DNA of 64,000 nucleotides from an uncultured Ignavibacteria bacterium. GTDB taxonomy: Bacteria > Bacteroidota > Ignavibacteria > Kapaibacteriales > UBA2268. The first letter of the stretch is position 1, and every line of letters begins with the position of its first letter. The stretch is taken from the NCBI GenBank assembly GCA_937127445.1, contig CAKZLY010000003.1, positions 5,100 to 69,099 on the forward strand. The letters are read 5' to 3'. The translations under genes were made by a program, and so were the position numbers. Shown piece after piece: positions 10,056 through 19,294 of the stretch. The notes below the pieces were generated by a model. That model was given only the letters and a program-made list of their open reading frames with translations, did no database searches and was not told the origin of the DNA.

Positions 10056-11348
10056 ATGATATACAAGAGAAAAATTACTTTAATCTTGTGCTTTATTGGA
10101 GTGGGACTGATTAGATTATTTGCAAGCGAACCCATAATACTTGAATATAGTGATGCTCTAATCGGCGAGCAAGATAGCGTAACAAATTTGAGAAAACTTG
10201 TAGGGAATGTGCGATTAAGACAGGGGAACGTTCGAATTACTTGCGATAATGCAATCCAGTACATTGGTTTGAATAAATACGATTTGATTGGGAATGTTGT
10301 AATTAAGCAAAGCACGATAACTCTAAAATCGCCTTCAATCAATTATGACGGAAATACTTACTTAGCGACTGCAAAAAATGGTGTCCAAATCACAGATAAA
10401 GAAACACGATTGGCAGCTGATTACGGGACATATTCGACACAAACGCTAATTGCAAATTTTGCGGGGAATGTAATAGTTGAGGATGATTCAACGATAATAT
10501 ATTCGAACTTCGTTACGCACAACAGAAACAATAGAATATCAAATGCATGGGGAAATGTTTTAGTCATTGGTAAATATACAAACGCAAGATTAGCAGGCGA
10601 TTCTGTTGTCAATATACCAATGAAGAATTTATCGGAAGTATATGGGAACCCGAAGCTCTTGCAAATAGATTCGAGTGGTGCAAATAGTCAGGACACTCTG
10701 TTTATTTCTGCGAATAAGATGGAAGCAATCAGAGAAGCGGACAACGAAAGGTATCTTGCACGGGGCAATGTCGAAGTAATAAGAAACAATCTACAAGCAA
10801 GAGCAGAAAATACAACTTATTACAAAGCAAAAGATATTATTTTTCTTGAAGAATTCCCAATTTTGTGGTATGATTCGACACAACTATTTGCTGATACTAT
10901 AGTTGTGCAATTAAAAAACAATAAATTAAGAAGAATTGATGCCGTTTCGCGTGCTTTTAGTGTAAGCCAAAATGATACGATGAATGCTGCGAGAAAAGAC
11001 CAGATGTCCGGGAAAATCATTACGATTGAATTCGAAAGCGACACGCTGAAGCAGATTGTTGCCGAAGGTAATGCTCGTTCGTTGTATTTTATTAATACTG
11101 ATGGACAGCCAGACGGAGTAATAAGTGTTGGCGCCGATAGAATAACAATCGAGATAGTAGATAAGAAGGCAGAAAATATTATAATGATAAATAATGTTCC
11201 GGGCGAATATCTGCCTCAGCCATTGATTTTGAATGAAGAGGCGAAATATTATTTACCTGGATTTAGGTTTTCGCAGGATAGACCACAAAGGATTGATTAT
11301 TCAATTTTTGAAGTAAATTCAAGAAATAAAAGAAAGGAGAAAAAATGA
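10056..11348 (+). CDS. OstA/LptA-like repeat protein (periplasmic LPS-transport-like beta-jellyroll)
   Basis: 430 aa with an N-terminal hydrophobic anchor or signal. GNV-containing beta repeats recur (GNVRLRQGNVRITCD, GNVVIKQ, GNVIVEDD, GNVLVIG, GNVEVIRNN), as in OstA_N/LptA domains. Confidence 0.6.
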   Translation: MIYKRKITLILCFIGVGLIRLFASEPIILEYSDALIGEQDSVTNLRKLVGNVRLRQGNVRITCDNAIQYIGLNKYDLIGNVVIKQSTITLKSPSINYDGNTYLATAKNGVQITDKETRLAADYGTYSTQTLIANFAGNVIVEDDSTIIYSNFVTHNRNNRISNAWGNVLVIGKYTNARLAGDSVVNIPMKNLSEVYGNPKLLQIDSSGANSQDTLFISANKMEAIREADNERYLARGNVEVIRNNLQARAENTTYYKAKDIIFLEEFPILWYDSTQLFADTIVVQLKNNKLRRIDAVSRAFSVSQNDTMNAARKDQMSGKIITIEFESDTLKQIVAEGNARSLYFINTDGQPDGVISVGADRITIEIVDKKAENIIMINNVPGEYLPQPLILNEEAKYYLPGFRFSQDRPQRIDYSIFEVNSRNKRKEKK

Positions 11349-12268
11349 AGATTTGCGTTACTGGCGGAGCTGGATTTATCGGCTCGCACATTGTTGATAG
11401 ATTAATTGAAAAAGGTTATGATGTAACTGTAATTGATAATTTATCAACTGGAAGAATTGAAAACATAAATAAAAAGGCTAAATTTATAGAATTAGATATA
11501 AATCAAGAAGGGCTACATAATATTTTCGAGCAGGAAAAATTTGAAATAGTATATCATCAGGCAGCGCAAATGAATGTGCGTTTTTCAGTTGATAATCCCA
11601 AAGAAGACGCAATAACAAACATAATTGGTAGTATTAATTTATACGAAGCTTGTAAAAATTCTGGTGTTAAGAAAATTATTTTTGCGTCGTCTGGTGGGAC
11701 CATATACGGCGAACAGGTGCAATTTCCAGCTGATGAGGAACATCCGACCAATCCGTGTTCACCATATGGGATTGCAAAGCTCGCAAACGAAAAGTATTTA
11801 TTCTATTACAACAATAGTTACGGAATAAAGACTGTATCGCTTCGTTACGGGAACGTTTATGGTCCGAGACAAAACCCGAAAGGTGAAGCAGGAGTTGTAG
11901 CAATTTTCATCGGAAAGATGCTCGCAGGAGAACAACCCGTAATAAATGGCGACGGCCTAATTACAAGAGATTACATATATATTGATGATGTAGTAGAAGC
12001 CAATATGAAAGCACTTGATGAAAAAATTGATGGAATATATAATGTTGGAACTGGCATTGAAACAAATGTGAATACTATTTTCCATAAACTCAAAAATCTA
12101 ACGGGTGCAAATTGTGAGGAATATCACGGACCGGCAAAAATTGGCGAGCAAAGACGAAGTGTAATTTCATACAATAAATTAAAAAATGAGTGTGGTTGGA
12201 AACCAAAAGTAACATTTGATGAAGGTTTAATTAGAACTGTTGAATATTTCAAACAGAATTTAAAATAA
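11345..12268 (+). CDS. NAD-dependent nucleotide-sugar epimerase/dehydratase (GalE-like SDR)
   Basis: 307 aa. It has a GGAGFIGSH Rossmann motif and a catalytic YxxxK (PYGIAKLANEK). Its start overlaps the upstream stop (ATGA). Confidence 0.8.
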   Translation: MKICVTGGAGFIGSHIVDRLIEKGYDVTVIDNLSTGRIENINKKAKFIELDINQEGLHNIFEQEKFEIVYHQAAQMNVRFSVDNPKEDAITNIIGSINLYEACKNSGVKKIIFASSGGTIYGEQVQFPADEEHPTNPCSPYGIAKLANEKYLFYYNNSYGIKTVSLRYGNVYGPRQNPKGEAGVVAIFIGKMLAGEQPVINGDGLITRDYIYIDDVVEANMKALDEKIDGIYNVGTGIETNVNTIFHKLKNLTGANCEEYHGPAKIGEQRRSVISYNKLKNECGWKPKVTFDEGLIRTVEYFKQNLK

Positions 12269-12269
12269 T

Positions 12270-13661
12270 ATGTCGCTAAATTTACTTGATATATTAATAG
12301 TTGCATTATATTTTGCAATTATATTGATAATTGGAATAAGATTTACACGCAAAGATAAAAATGAAAACAAGGAAAGCTACATATTAGCAGGGAGACGCGT
12401 AACACTACCTTTTTTTGTTGCCTCGCTTGTAGCAACGTGGTATGGCAATATAATGGGAATGGGAGAATTTGTCTATAACAACGGCATTGTAGCATTTTTC
12501 TGTTTTGCATTCCCATATTATATAGCTGCGTTTCTTTTTGCTATTTTTGTAGCGAAGCGAATTCGTGGTTCTTCGGCAGCAACAATACCAGAGCAGATAA
12601 AAATCACTTATGGCAACAAAGCGAGTGCAATATCTTCGGCAATAATATTAGTAATTACAATACCAGCAGCATATATACTAATATTAGGTAAATTGATAGA
12701 ACTTTTTACGGGTTGGAGTTTGGCTGTATCGCTGACAATAGGGACATTAATATCACTAATAATTATATACCACGGAGGGCTGAAAGCCGATATTATTGCA
12801 AATACGGCTCAATTTATTTTTATGTATATAGGCTTTGGCGGGTTATTGTTTTTCTGTTTGACGGAATTGGGTTCGTTTGAAGAGATGATTTCGAAATTGC
12901 CTGCCGCACATTTAACGGCAACGGGAACTCTTTCGTGGCAATATGTTCTGGCGTGGTATATTATTGCGTTCCAGACATTTATAGATCCGAGTTTTCATCA
13001 AAGGTGTGCCGCTGCAAAAAATCCACGAACTGCAAAGAATGGAATATTAGTTTCGATAATTTTCTGGTGTATATTTGACTTTTTGACATTTACAACAGGA
13101 CTATACTCTGCTGCCTATTTGCAATTGCCATCACCGCTGGATGCGTATCCAGTGCTTGCTGATGCTGTAATGCCAAATATGTGGAAAGGGTTGTTTTTGG
13201 TGGCGATAATTGCAACAGTTATGAGTACGCTGGAAAGTTATTCATTTATCAGCGCTGCAACTTTTGGGAATGATATTTTCCCACTTTTTTTCAAAAGATT
13301 GTCTCACATGCTTGGGACAAAGATTGGGCTAATAGTAACTGGTGTTTTTGGAATATTACTTGCAATAGCAATACCATCGGCAATTGATTTGGTATATAAA
13401 ACGTCTTCTATTGCTGTTCCTGCATTGATAATACCCCTTACAGTATCATATAGCAAAAGGTATTATCTCGACAGTAAGCATAGCTTGCTGATAATGATTT
13501 TGACAATATTAATTACACTGTTCTGGACTTTATCGAATGAATATAGTGAGCAATTTGGGTTGGAATTTTTATATTTCACGCATAATTTTGAACCAATGAT
13601 GCCAGGAATTATTTTGTCAGTATTTTTAGGAATAATATTTGTTAAAAAAAGAAGCAAATAG
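12270..13661 (+). CDS. sodium:solute symporter (SSS) family transporter
   Basis: 463 aa with about 12-13 TM segments and an SSS-like N-terminal region (AGRRVTLPFFVASLVATWYG). It starts 1 nt after the epimerase stop. Confidence 0.75.
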   Translation: MSLNLLDILIVALYFAIILIIGIRFTRKDKNENKESYILAGRRVTLPFFVASLVATWYGNIMGMGEFVYNNGIVAFFCFAFPYYIAAFLFAIFVAKRIRGSSAATIPEQIKITYGNKASAISSAIILVITIPAAYILILGKLIELFTGWSLAVSLTIGTLISLIIIYHGGLKADIIANTAQFIFMYIGFGGLLFFCLTELGSFEEMISKLPAAHLTATGTLSWQYVLAWYIIAFQTFIDPSFHQRCAAAKNPRTAKNGILVSIIFWCIFDFLTFTTGLYSAAYLQLPSPLDAYPVLADAVMPNMWKGLFLVAIIATVMSTLESYSFISAATFGNDIFPLFFKRLSHMLGTKIGLIVTGVFGILLAIAIPSAIDLVYKTSSIAVPALIIPLTVSYSKRYYLDSKHSLLIMILTILITLFWTLSNEYSEQFGLEFLYFTHNFEPMMPGIILSVFLGIIFVKKRSK

Positions 13662-14193
13662 GATCTGGACGATACCGAATATATTGAGTTTTATAAGATT
13701 ATTGCTCATTGCGCCAGCAGGCGTTCTATTATGGAATGGACAGAATGTGTGGGCAATATCACTTGCATTGATTGGTGGATTACTTGATATATCTGATGGG
13801 ATAATAGCGCGAAAATATAATCAGTCTTCTGAATTAGGTAAAATAATAGACCCGCTTGCAGATAAATTATTTATCGGGGTGTTAGTAGTAATTCTATATT
13901 TACAGAATAGACTACCATTGTGGTTTATCTCGACAGTTATTTCGAAAGATTTGTTAATAATAATAGGTGGTGCAATAATATCAACAAAAATAAAAATAGT
14001 TCCGCCATCGAATTGGCTTGGAAAAATTACTGCTTTGACAATTGGAGTTACAATTTTATCAATAATTGTCAATATTGAAAAAATATATACAATTTTAATG
14101 TATTTATCCGTTGTATTAATTGTAGCATCTCTTTTAAATTACGTGATTAGCGTGCAAAAACAAATAAAAGGAATTGAAATTGGCAACAAATAA
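13639..14193 (+). CDS. CDP-alcohol phosphatidyltransferase family protein
   Basis: 184 aa. It carries the signature D-G-x2-A-R-x8-G-x3-D-x3-D (DGIIARKYNQSSELGKIIDPLADK). The only canonical start is the TTG at 13639, with AGGA 8 nt upstream, and it overlaps the symporter by 23 nt. Confidence 0.8.
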   Translation: MLKKEANRIWTIPNILSFIRLLLIAPAGVLLWNGQNVWAISLALIGGLLDISDGIIARKYNQSSELGKIIDPLADKLFIGVLVVILYLQNRLPLWFISTVISKDLLIIIGGAIISTKIKIVPPSNWLGKITALTIGVTILSIIVNIEKIYTILMYLSVVLIVASLLNYVISVQKQIKGIEIGNK

Positions 14194-14455
14194 GAGATAC
14201 ATACCTTTAAATGCAAAAGACATTCAGCTTTATCGTCAGCAAAAGGCTATTCAAGAAACTAAACGCGAAGAAAAGACAAATAACGCTCTGATTTCTTTGC
14301 GAAAAAGGAATTTAGCAATAATTAATGCAAATCCAACTTTGAAAGCAAAAATCGAACGTTTTAATACTTACGTAAAAAGGAAAAAGATTGACGATATTGT
14401 GAAAGTAATTCATTATCTACTTTCCGACTTATATCAGAAAACACAAGAAGCATAA
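14174..14455 (+). CDS. hypothetical small basic protein
   Basis: A 93-codon ORF that depends on a TTG start and has no internal Met. It overlaps the end of the preceding gene. It is Lys/Arg rich with no recognisable motif. Confidence 0.3.
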   Translation: MKLATNKRYIPLNAKDIQLYRQQKAIQETKREEKTNNALISLRKRNLAIINANPTLKAKIERFNTYVKRKKIDDIVKVIHYLLSDLYQKTQEA

Positions 14456-14541
14456 TCATCTTGGAGAAATTTAGGTTAAACTACCTGCAATAAATTGCTC
14501 ATTATTTATATTATTGAATTTATCAAAAATTTGTTTATTCC

Positions 14542-14976
14542 TTACGAAGTGAACAATGATTTAATTAAATAGTGAAATTTGTGAATTCCTTTGCGGTTGA
14601 GAAACATCATAGGGCAATACCCATAAATAATCTCTATTCCTTTTTCTGAGGCAATTTGTGCGATATTTTTTGGTTTGCTGCCGAAGGCAAACCAAGCCGA
14701 CTTAATTTTCCCCTTTTCTGCACCAAGCAATATTTTTTCTGCTTCTCTCGGCGGAACAGAAATAATCAAATTTAACGATTGTTGAGGTATTTCATTAATT
14801 GAGGTAAAAGAGTGAATACCTTCGATTTCTTCACAAGAACGACTAACTGGTACGGGTTTGTAGCCATTCTTTAAAAATAATCTAAAAAGTTCATTCCCCC
14901 AAGCATCTTTGTTAGTGGAAATGCCTACAATAATAGGAGTTTTGTCTTGCAAAAATTCATTTACAATGTTTTTCAT
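14542..14976 (-). CDS. CoA-binding domain protein (YccU/YneT-like)
   Basis: 144 aa. The stretch PIIVGISTNKDAWGNELFRLFLKNGYKPVPVS resembles the CoA_binding_2 Rossmann-like N-terminus. Confidence 0.6.
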   Translation of the reverse strand: MKNIVNEFLQDKTPIIVGISTNKDAWGNELFRLFLKNGYKPVPVSRSCEEIEGIHSFTSINEIPQQSLNLIISVPPREAEKILLGAEKGKIKSAWFAFGSKPKNIAQIASEKGIEIIYGYCPMMFLNRKGIHKFHYLIKSLFTS

Positions 14977-15160
14977 ATTAATCCTATTGAAAATAAATAA
15001 TACGAAATTATTTAAAGAAAAGTTTCATATGACAATTTGTCGACAAAGTGCGAATACATGACATACTGCATTTACACAAAATTGAAACATCTCTGACAAA
15101 ATTTCGTCATCACAGACAAATTGGCTTATTGTTACGTCATTTTGACTTGCAAAATTGATT

Positions 15161-15176
15161 TGGCACGATGTTGGTA
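15161..15176 (+). promoter_or_regulatory. candidate sigma-54 (-24/-12) type promoter for the tandem hsp20 genes
   Basis: TGGCACGatgtTGGTA has a perfect -24 element (TGGCACG). The -12 region reads TGGT, versus the consensus TTGC at that spacing. It lies 46-61 nt upstream of the hsp20 ATG, and no well-spaced sigma-70 -35/-10 pair is nearby. Confidence 0.4.
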
Positions 15177-15221
15177 TATACAAAAGTGAATTTAATTAAC
15201 AACTATCAAATGAGGTAGAAA

Positions 15222-15659
15222 ATGACAACATTAAGATTTGATCCTTTCCGTGGTTTTGAGCAAATGCTTCGTAAGATTAACGAAGTAGCTGGCGAAATAG
15301 AACGTGGTGTAACTGTGGAAACAGGTGGATACAATCCACGTATAGACATATTTGAGGATAATTCGAATGTTTACATTGTTGCAGAAATTGCAGGAATTCC
15401 AAAGGACAAAGTGAACGTAAAATTAACCGAAGACAGAATTTTAATGATTTCTGGTAATAAAGAACGCTGTGAAAGCGAAAAAGACAAAACATATTTGAGA
15501 AGCGAACGCAGTTTTGGTGAATTTAGCCGCTCTTTCGTATTACCAGAAAATCTTGATTTATCAGCTGTTAAAGCAAATTATCACGATGGAGTGCTTGAAA
15601 TCACGATTGCAAAGAAGCAACCTGAACCACCAAAAGAGATAGAAATTGCTATTAGTTAA
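15222..15659 (+). CDS. Hsp20/alpha-crystallin family small heat-shock protein
   Basis: 145 aa. It has FDPFRGFE at the N-terminus, an alpha-crystallin core (RSERSFGEFSRSFVLPENL...GVLEITIAK), and a C-terminal I-x-I-like tail (IEIAI). Confidence 0.9.
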   Translation: MTTLRFDPFRGFEQMLRKINEVAGEIERGVTVETGGYNPRIDIFEDNSNVYIVAEIAGIPKDKVNVKLTEDRILMISGNKERCESEKDKTYLRSERSFGEFSRSFVLPENLDLSAVKANYHDGVLEITIAKKQPEPPKEIEIAIS

Positions 15660-15692
15660 TCAATTATGTTTAACAAAAAGGAGGGATCAGCT

Positions 15693-16142
15693 ATGGCAAT
15701 TGTAAAATTCGATCCATTCCGTGGTTTTGAAACTTTGGCTCGCAGAATGAACAGTTTGATGCAAGATTTTGACAAAGGATTTAACTTTGATTTCGGTGGT
15801 TTTTCACCTAAAATTGATATTTCGGAAGATGAAAAGCACATTTACTTGCAAGCCGAAGTGCCGGGAATTTCTAAGGATGATATTAAAGTAACAATTACGG
15901 AAGATAACGTGCTGTCAATCAAGGGCGAGAAGAAACGCGAGCAGAAGACAGAAGACAACAAAGAAGGTTATTCTTACATTCGCATCGAACGTAGTTTTGG
16001 AGAATTCTGCCGCTCATTTATGTTGCCGGGAAACGTAAAGAAAGATAGCGTAAACGCAAAATTTGAGAATGGTGTGTTAAATGTAACACTGGAAAAAATT
16101 GAACCCGAAAAACCAAAAGAAATCGAAGTTAAGATTGACTAA
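15693..16142 (+). CDS. Hsp20/alpha-crystallin family small heat-shock protein (tandem paralogue)
   Basis: The start is moved to the ATG at 15693, which is preceded by AGGAGG. The protein reads MAIVKFDPFRGFE...IERSFGEFCRSFMLPGNV...GVLNVTLEK and is about half identical, by eye, to the upstream copy. Confidence 0.9.
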   Translation: MAIVKFDPFRGFETLARRMNSLMQDFDKGFNFDFGGFSPKIDISEDEKHIYLQAEVPGISKDDIKVTITEDNVLSIKGEKKREQKTEDNKEGYSYIRIERSFGEFCRSFMLPGNVKKDSVNAKFENGVLNVTLEKIEPEKPKEIEVKID

Positions 16143-16167
16143 TGATGTATTGCGAGCCAGCAATGTT

Positions 16168-16199
16168 AGACACGGCAAGTCGCCGTGTCTTTTTTTTTT
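16168..16199 (+). terminator. rho-independent terminator after the hsp20 pair
   Basis: A 9-bp GC-rich stem (agacacggc / gccgtgtct) closes a 5-nt loop and is followed by T10. Confidence 0.85.
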
Positions 16200-16731
16200 A
16201 ATCAATATCAATCTCTTTTGCTGGAATTTTAATTAAAATTGCTATAGCAGAAAATAACATAGTGTAGAGAGTTGCAGAAACACCATATTGAAGGAAAAAA
16301 TGCCAGAAAGATGTTTCTGCGGGTTTCAAATAGAAAAAGAAGTAAATTAAGTTATGAATAAATGCTGAAACCAGGACAACAACTGTGAATCGCAATGTAT
16401 TTAAGTTAGATTTAATATTTCTTTCTTTGTAAAAAAAGCCAGCGACGTAAGAAGCAACTAATTTAGCCAGAGCGTTAGTTCCGATTACATCCCCAGAGAT
16501 AAAATCAAAAATCAGTCCAATTCCAAATGCAAAGAATAATCCAACAAACTGCCCTTCGGCTAATGTAATCCACACACACAATATCAAGAGCAAATCAGGA
16601 GTTATGTTTTCAATAGCAATAATATCAATGAATAGTAATTCTAAAAGCATTAAAAACAAAGCAAGAATGGCATAGACGATATATCTTATTTGAATTTGCT
16701 TAAGATAATATTTATTTTCTACTAATTTCAT
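16198..16731 (-). CDS. mreD: rod shape-determining protein MreD
   Basis: 177 aa with about 5 TM segments. It lies immediately downstream of mreC, with a 1-nt overlap. Confidence 0.7.
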   Translation of the reverse strand: MKLVENKYYLKQIQIRYIVYAILALFLMLLELLFIDIIAIENITPDLLLILCVWITLAEGQFVGLFFAFGIGLIFDFISGDVIGTNALAKLVASYVAGFFYKERNIKSNLNTLRFTVVVLVSAFIHNLIYFFFYLKPAETSFWHFFLQYGVSATLYTMLFSAIAILIKIPAKEIDID

Positions 16732-17588
16732 TATTTTCTTTGTCTATTTTTTGCTTTAATAGTTTCTTCGATTTTTTTTGTTAGTTCAATGATTTCTTCA
16801 TCTACAATGAAATCAATTACATAAACTTGCTCTAATGAAGAAAAATTCACATACGGTTCTACATAAATTTTATGAAAAAGCGAGCCATATTCTTTTTCGA
16901 CCTTAGCAACCTTCCCGATTGGGATATTGTGTGGAAATTTCACGCTGTAATTTGATGTTACAATAATATCATTTGGATAGACTTCGAATGAAGTTGGGAT
17001 ATTTTTAAGGACAAGATAATTTCCACCTTCCCAGCTTAATATACCATCAGTTTGATTTCTAACGATTTTTGCAGAAACTTTTACGTGACGATTGTTAAGG
17101 GTTTCGACCAAAGAATATCTATTTGTTGTAGCAACAATCTCGCCAACAAGACCGGCGTCAGTTCGGACTGCCATTCCTTCCCGGACTCCGTCATTACTGC
17201 CTTTGTCAATAGTAACATAGGAACGCATCTGAACATTTGTTTTATTTACAACTTCTGCGGAGATAAGTTTTTCAGATGAAGTATCTTTGAGAGCGAGCAT
17301 TGAGCGAAGGCGGTTATTTTCAATAAGAGCAGCTCTCATCTTAATAACTTCTGAGGAAAGTTGCAAATTTAAATCTCTTAGAGCTTGGTTTTCACTTTTT
17401 AAGGCAATGGGATTCGGCACCCAGGAAAAAATCCTCTGGATATTGCTTATTGAGGCAATAACAATAGCCCTGAATCCGCTAATTTTTGATACTTCTCCTA
17501 AAGAAATCAATGATAAAGAAATAACACAAAGCGCTGTAAATGTTATTAAGACTTTAAAACGCAATATTGTTTTAATTAGTTCCTGCAT
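16731..17588 (-). CDS. mreC: rod shape-determining protein MreC
   Basis: 285 aa with an N-terminal TM and a coiled-coil (ENQALRDLNLQLSSEVIKMRA). A beta-rich C-terminal domain follows (DGVREGMAVRTDAGLVGEI). Confidence 0.85.
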   Translation of the reverse strand: MQELIKTILRFKVLITFTALCVISLSLISLGEVSKISGFRAIVIASISNIQRIFSWVPNPIALKSENQALRDLNLQLSSEVIKMRAALIENNRLRSMLALKDTSSEKLISAEVVNKTNVQMRSYVTIDKGSNDGVREGMAVRTDAGLVGEIVATTNRYSLVETLNNRHVKVSAKIVRNQTDGILSWEGGNYLVLKNIPTSFEVYPNDIIVTSNYSVKFPHNIPIGKVAKVEKEYGSLFHKIYVEPYVNFSSLEQVYVIDFIVDEEIIELTKKIEETIKAKNRQRK

Positions 17589-17601
17589 CTACAAAACGAT
17601 A

Positions 17602-18627
17602 TTAATACCGAGTGCTTTTAATGAGAACAGAGCGGTAGTCACTAAGATTTTCGAGCACTTTACCAGTGCCGCGGACCACTGCTGTTAGCGGGTCTTCTGC
17701 TATGTGAACAGGCAGTTTTGTTTCTTCGCGGATGCGTTCGTCAAGCCCTTTGAGTAAAGCACCACCACCACTAAGCATAATTCCGCGGTCGTAAATATCG
17801 GCAGCTAATTCGGGTGGTGTTCGTTCCAAAAGACGAAGTACAGCGTTGACAATTTCCTGAACAGATTCGGACAAAGCACCACGAATATCAGCTGAGGTAA
17901 CTTCAATCATTCTTGGGACACCTGTAAGCAAATCGCGTCCTTTGACTTCTATTTCTAATTCTTCTTTAAGAGAAACAGCAGAGCCGACAGAGCATTTAAT
18001 TTGTTCTGCAGTGCGCTCACCAATTAAAATATTATGTTGACGTCGGAAATAATTGACAATAGCGGCTGTCATCTCGTCGCCAGCGATTTTAATTGATTCA
18101 TCGCTAACAATACCTGAAAGAGCAATAACGGCAATTTCAGTTGTACCACCCCCAATATCCACAATCATGTTTCCAACGGGTTCGTGAACGTTCAGTCCAA
18201 TACCAATGGCACTTGCCATAGGTTCAGCGATAAGATGGACTTCTTTAGCACCTGCGTGTTCGCAACTATCGCGCACAGCTCTTTTTTCCACTTCTGTAAT
18301 TCCGCTGGGAACGCAAACAACAACTCTCCGCGCAGGCTGCCAAGACATTGAAACTTTACGGATAAATGCTCGCAACATACCTTCGGCAATTTCAAAATCG
18401 GCAATTGCACCATCTTTCATTGGACGGATAATTTTAATATCGCGGTGAGTTTTTCCAATCATTTGTTGAGCATCGTGTCCGATAGCGATAATATGTTTAT
18501 CGGAGCGGTCAAAAGCTACAATTGAGGGTTCATTCAGAACTATTCCTTTGCCTTTCACCCAGATAAGAGTGTTGGCAGTGCCTAAATCTATTGCAACATC
18601 ATTCGAGAAAAAATTAAAAAGTGCCAT
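17602..18627 (-). CDS. mreB: rod shape-determining protein MreB (actin-like ATPase)
   Basis: The start is moved to the ATG at 18627. The protein reads MALFNFFSNDVAIDLGTANTLIW...DIGGGTTE...LSGGGALLKGLD. Confidence 0.95.
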   Translation of the reverse strand: MALFNFFSNDVAIDLGTANTLIWVKGKGIVLNEPSIVAFDRSDKHIIAIGHDAQQMIGKTHRDIKIIRPMKDGAIADFEIAEGMLRAFIRKVSMSWQPARRVVVCVPSGITEVEKRAVRDSCEHAGAKEVHLIAEPMASAIGIGLNVHEPVGNMIVDIGGGTTEIAVIALSGIVSDESIKIAGDEMTAAIVNYFRRQHNILIGERTAEQIKCSVGSAVSLKEELEIEVKGRDLLTGVPRMIEVTSADIRGALSESVQEIVNAVLRLLERTPPELAADIYDRGIMLSGGGALLKGLDERIREETKLPVHIAEDPLTAVVRGTGKVLENLSDYRSVLIKSTRY

Positions 18628-18780
18628 TATTTTGATTATATTAAATTCATACAACTTGTAAAATACAAAAATAAGCAAAATTATTTTACTTTTACATTAA
18701 AGTTTATTTGTATTGCAATTTTCTATTACAATTATTGTCCAACAACTTCGATTATATAATTTTAAAAAGGAGCATTTAAA

Positions 18781-19191
18781 ATGAATTCGCAATTAAATAA
18801 TGAAAACCTGATTGAAATATTACGCAATTGGCAAAAATTGGAAGATGCAGCAGTTGCAAACACAACAGAAATTATAAAAAATTCCCGCAATCCATTCATT
18901 CAGATTATTATGGAAATAATTCGCCAAGATTCAGTGATGCATAGACGCATACAGCAATTAATAATAGATAGCCTTGAAATGAAGGATTTTGCTATTGACC
19001 CTGACGAAATTGCATTACTATGGGAAAAGATTGAGGAACACGATGAAATGGAGAAGAAAGTCGTCAAAATTGCTGAAATTGCCCGCGACGAAACATCTTC
19101 ACCCGTTGTGCGGTATTTGCTCGATTATCTACTTGAAGATGAGAGAAAACACGATAATTTGCTTATTAAATTAGAGCATCTTAGAAAATAG
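18781..19191 (+). CDS. hypothetical helical protein, possibly a ferritin-like four-helix bundle
   Basis: 136 aa, predicted all-helical, with E/H-containing motifs (QDSVMH, EEHDEME, EDERKH). The family assignment is uncertain. Confidence 0.5.
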   Translation: MNSQLNNENLIEILRNWQKLEDAAVANTTEIIKNSRNPFIQIIMEIIRQDSVMHRRIQQLIIDSLEMKDFAIDPDEIALLWEKIEEHDEMEKKVVKIAEIARDETSSPVVRYLLDYLLEDERKHDNLLIKLEHLRK

Positions 19192-19221
19192 AAGAATCTT
19201 ATTTATTTTTATTAAGAAAAA

Positions 19222-19253
19222 AAGCTGCTCGATATTTCGAACAGCTTTTTTTT
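19222..19253. terminator. bidirectional terminator between convergent genes
   Basis: An 11-bp stem (aagctgctcga / tcgaacagctt) has one mismatch and a 4-nt loop. An A-run precedes it and T8 follows. Confidence 0.75.
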
Positions 19254-19294
19254 AATTTGCCTGATATTCAGAGAGGGGGGAATTCTCTGAACCA

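Noticed and set aside
13639-13661. Programmed frameshift on the A7 run (13644-13650) fusing the symporter to the CDP-alcohol phosphatidyltransferase
   Set aside because: A fusion would need a +1 shift, which is atypical for an A-run. A TTG start at 13639 with an AGGA 8 nt upstream explains the overlap more simply as translational coupling.
15142-15180. Sigma-70-type promoter for hsp20 (TTGACT or TTGATT with TATATA)
   Set aside because: The spacings are 27 and 14 bp respectively, outside the functional 16-18 bp range. The sigma-54-like reading fits better, though it is still imperfect.
14977-15221. CIRCE (HrcA) operator upstream of the heat-shock genes
   Set aside because: No TTAGCACTC-N9-GAGTGCTAA-like inverted repeat is present in the region.
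16168-16190. Resemblance of the hsp20 terminator arm gccgtgtct to the Neisseria DNA uptake sequence core GCCGTCT
   Set aside because: It is a single, inexact occurrence in an unrelated lineage. It is most likely coincidence and unrelated to the AGACAGCC observation.
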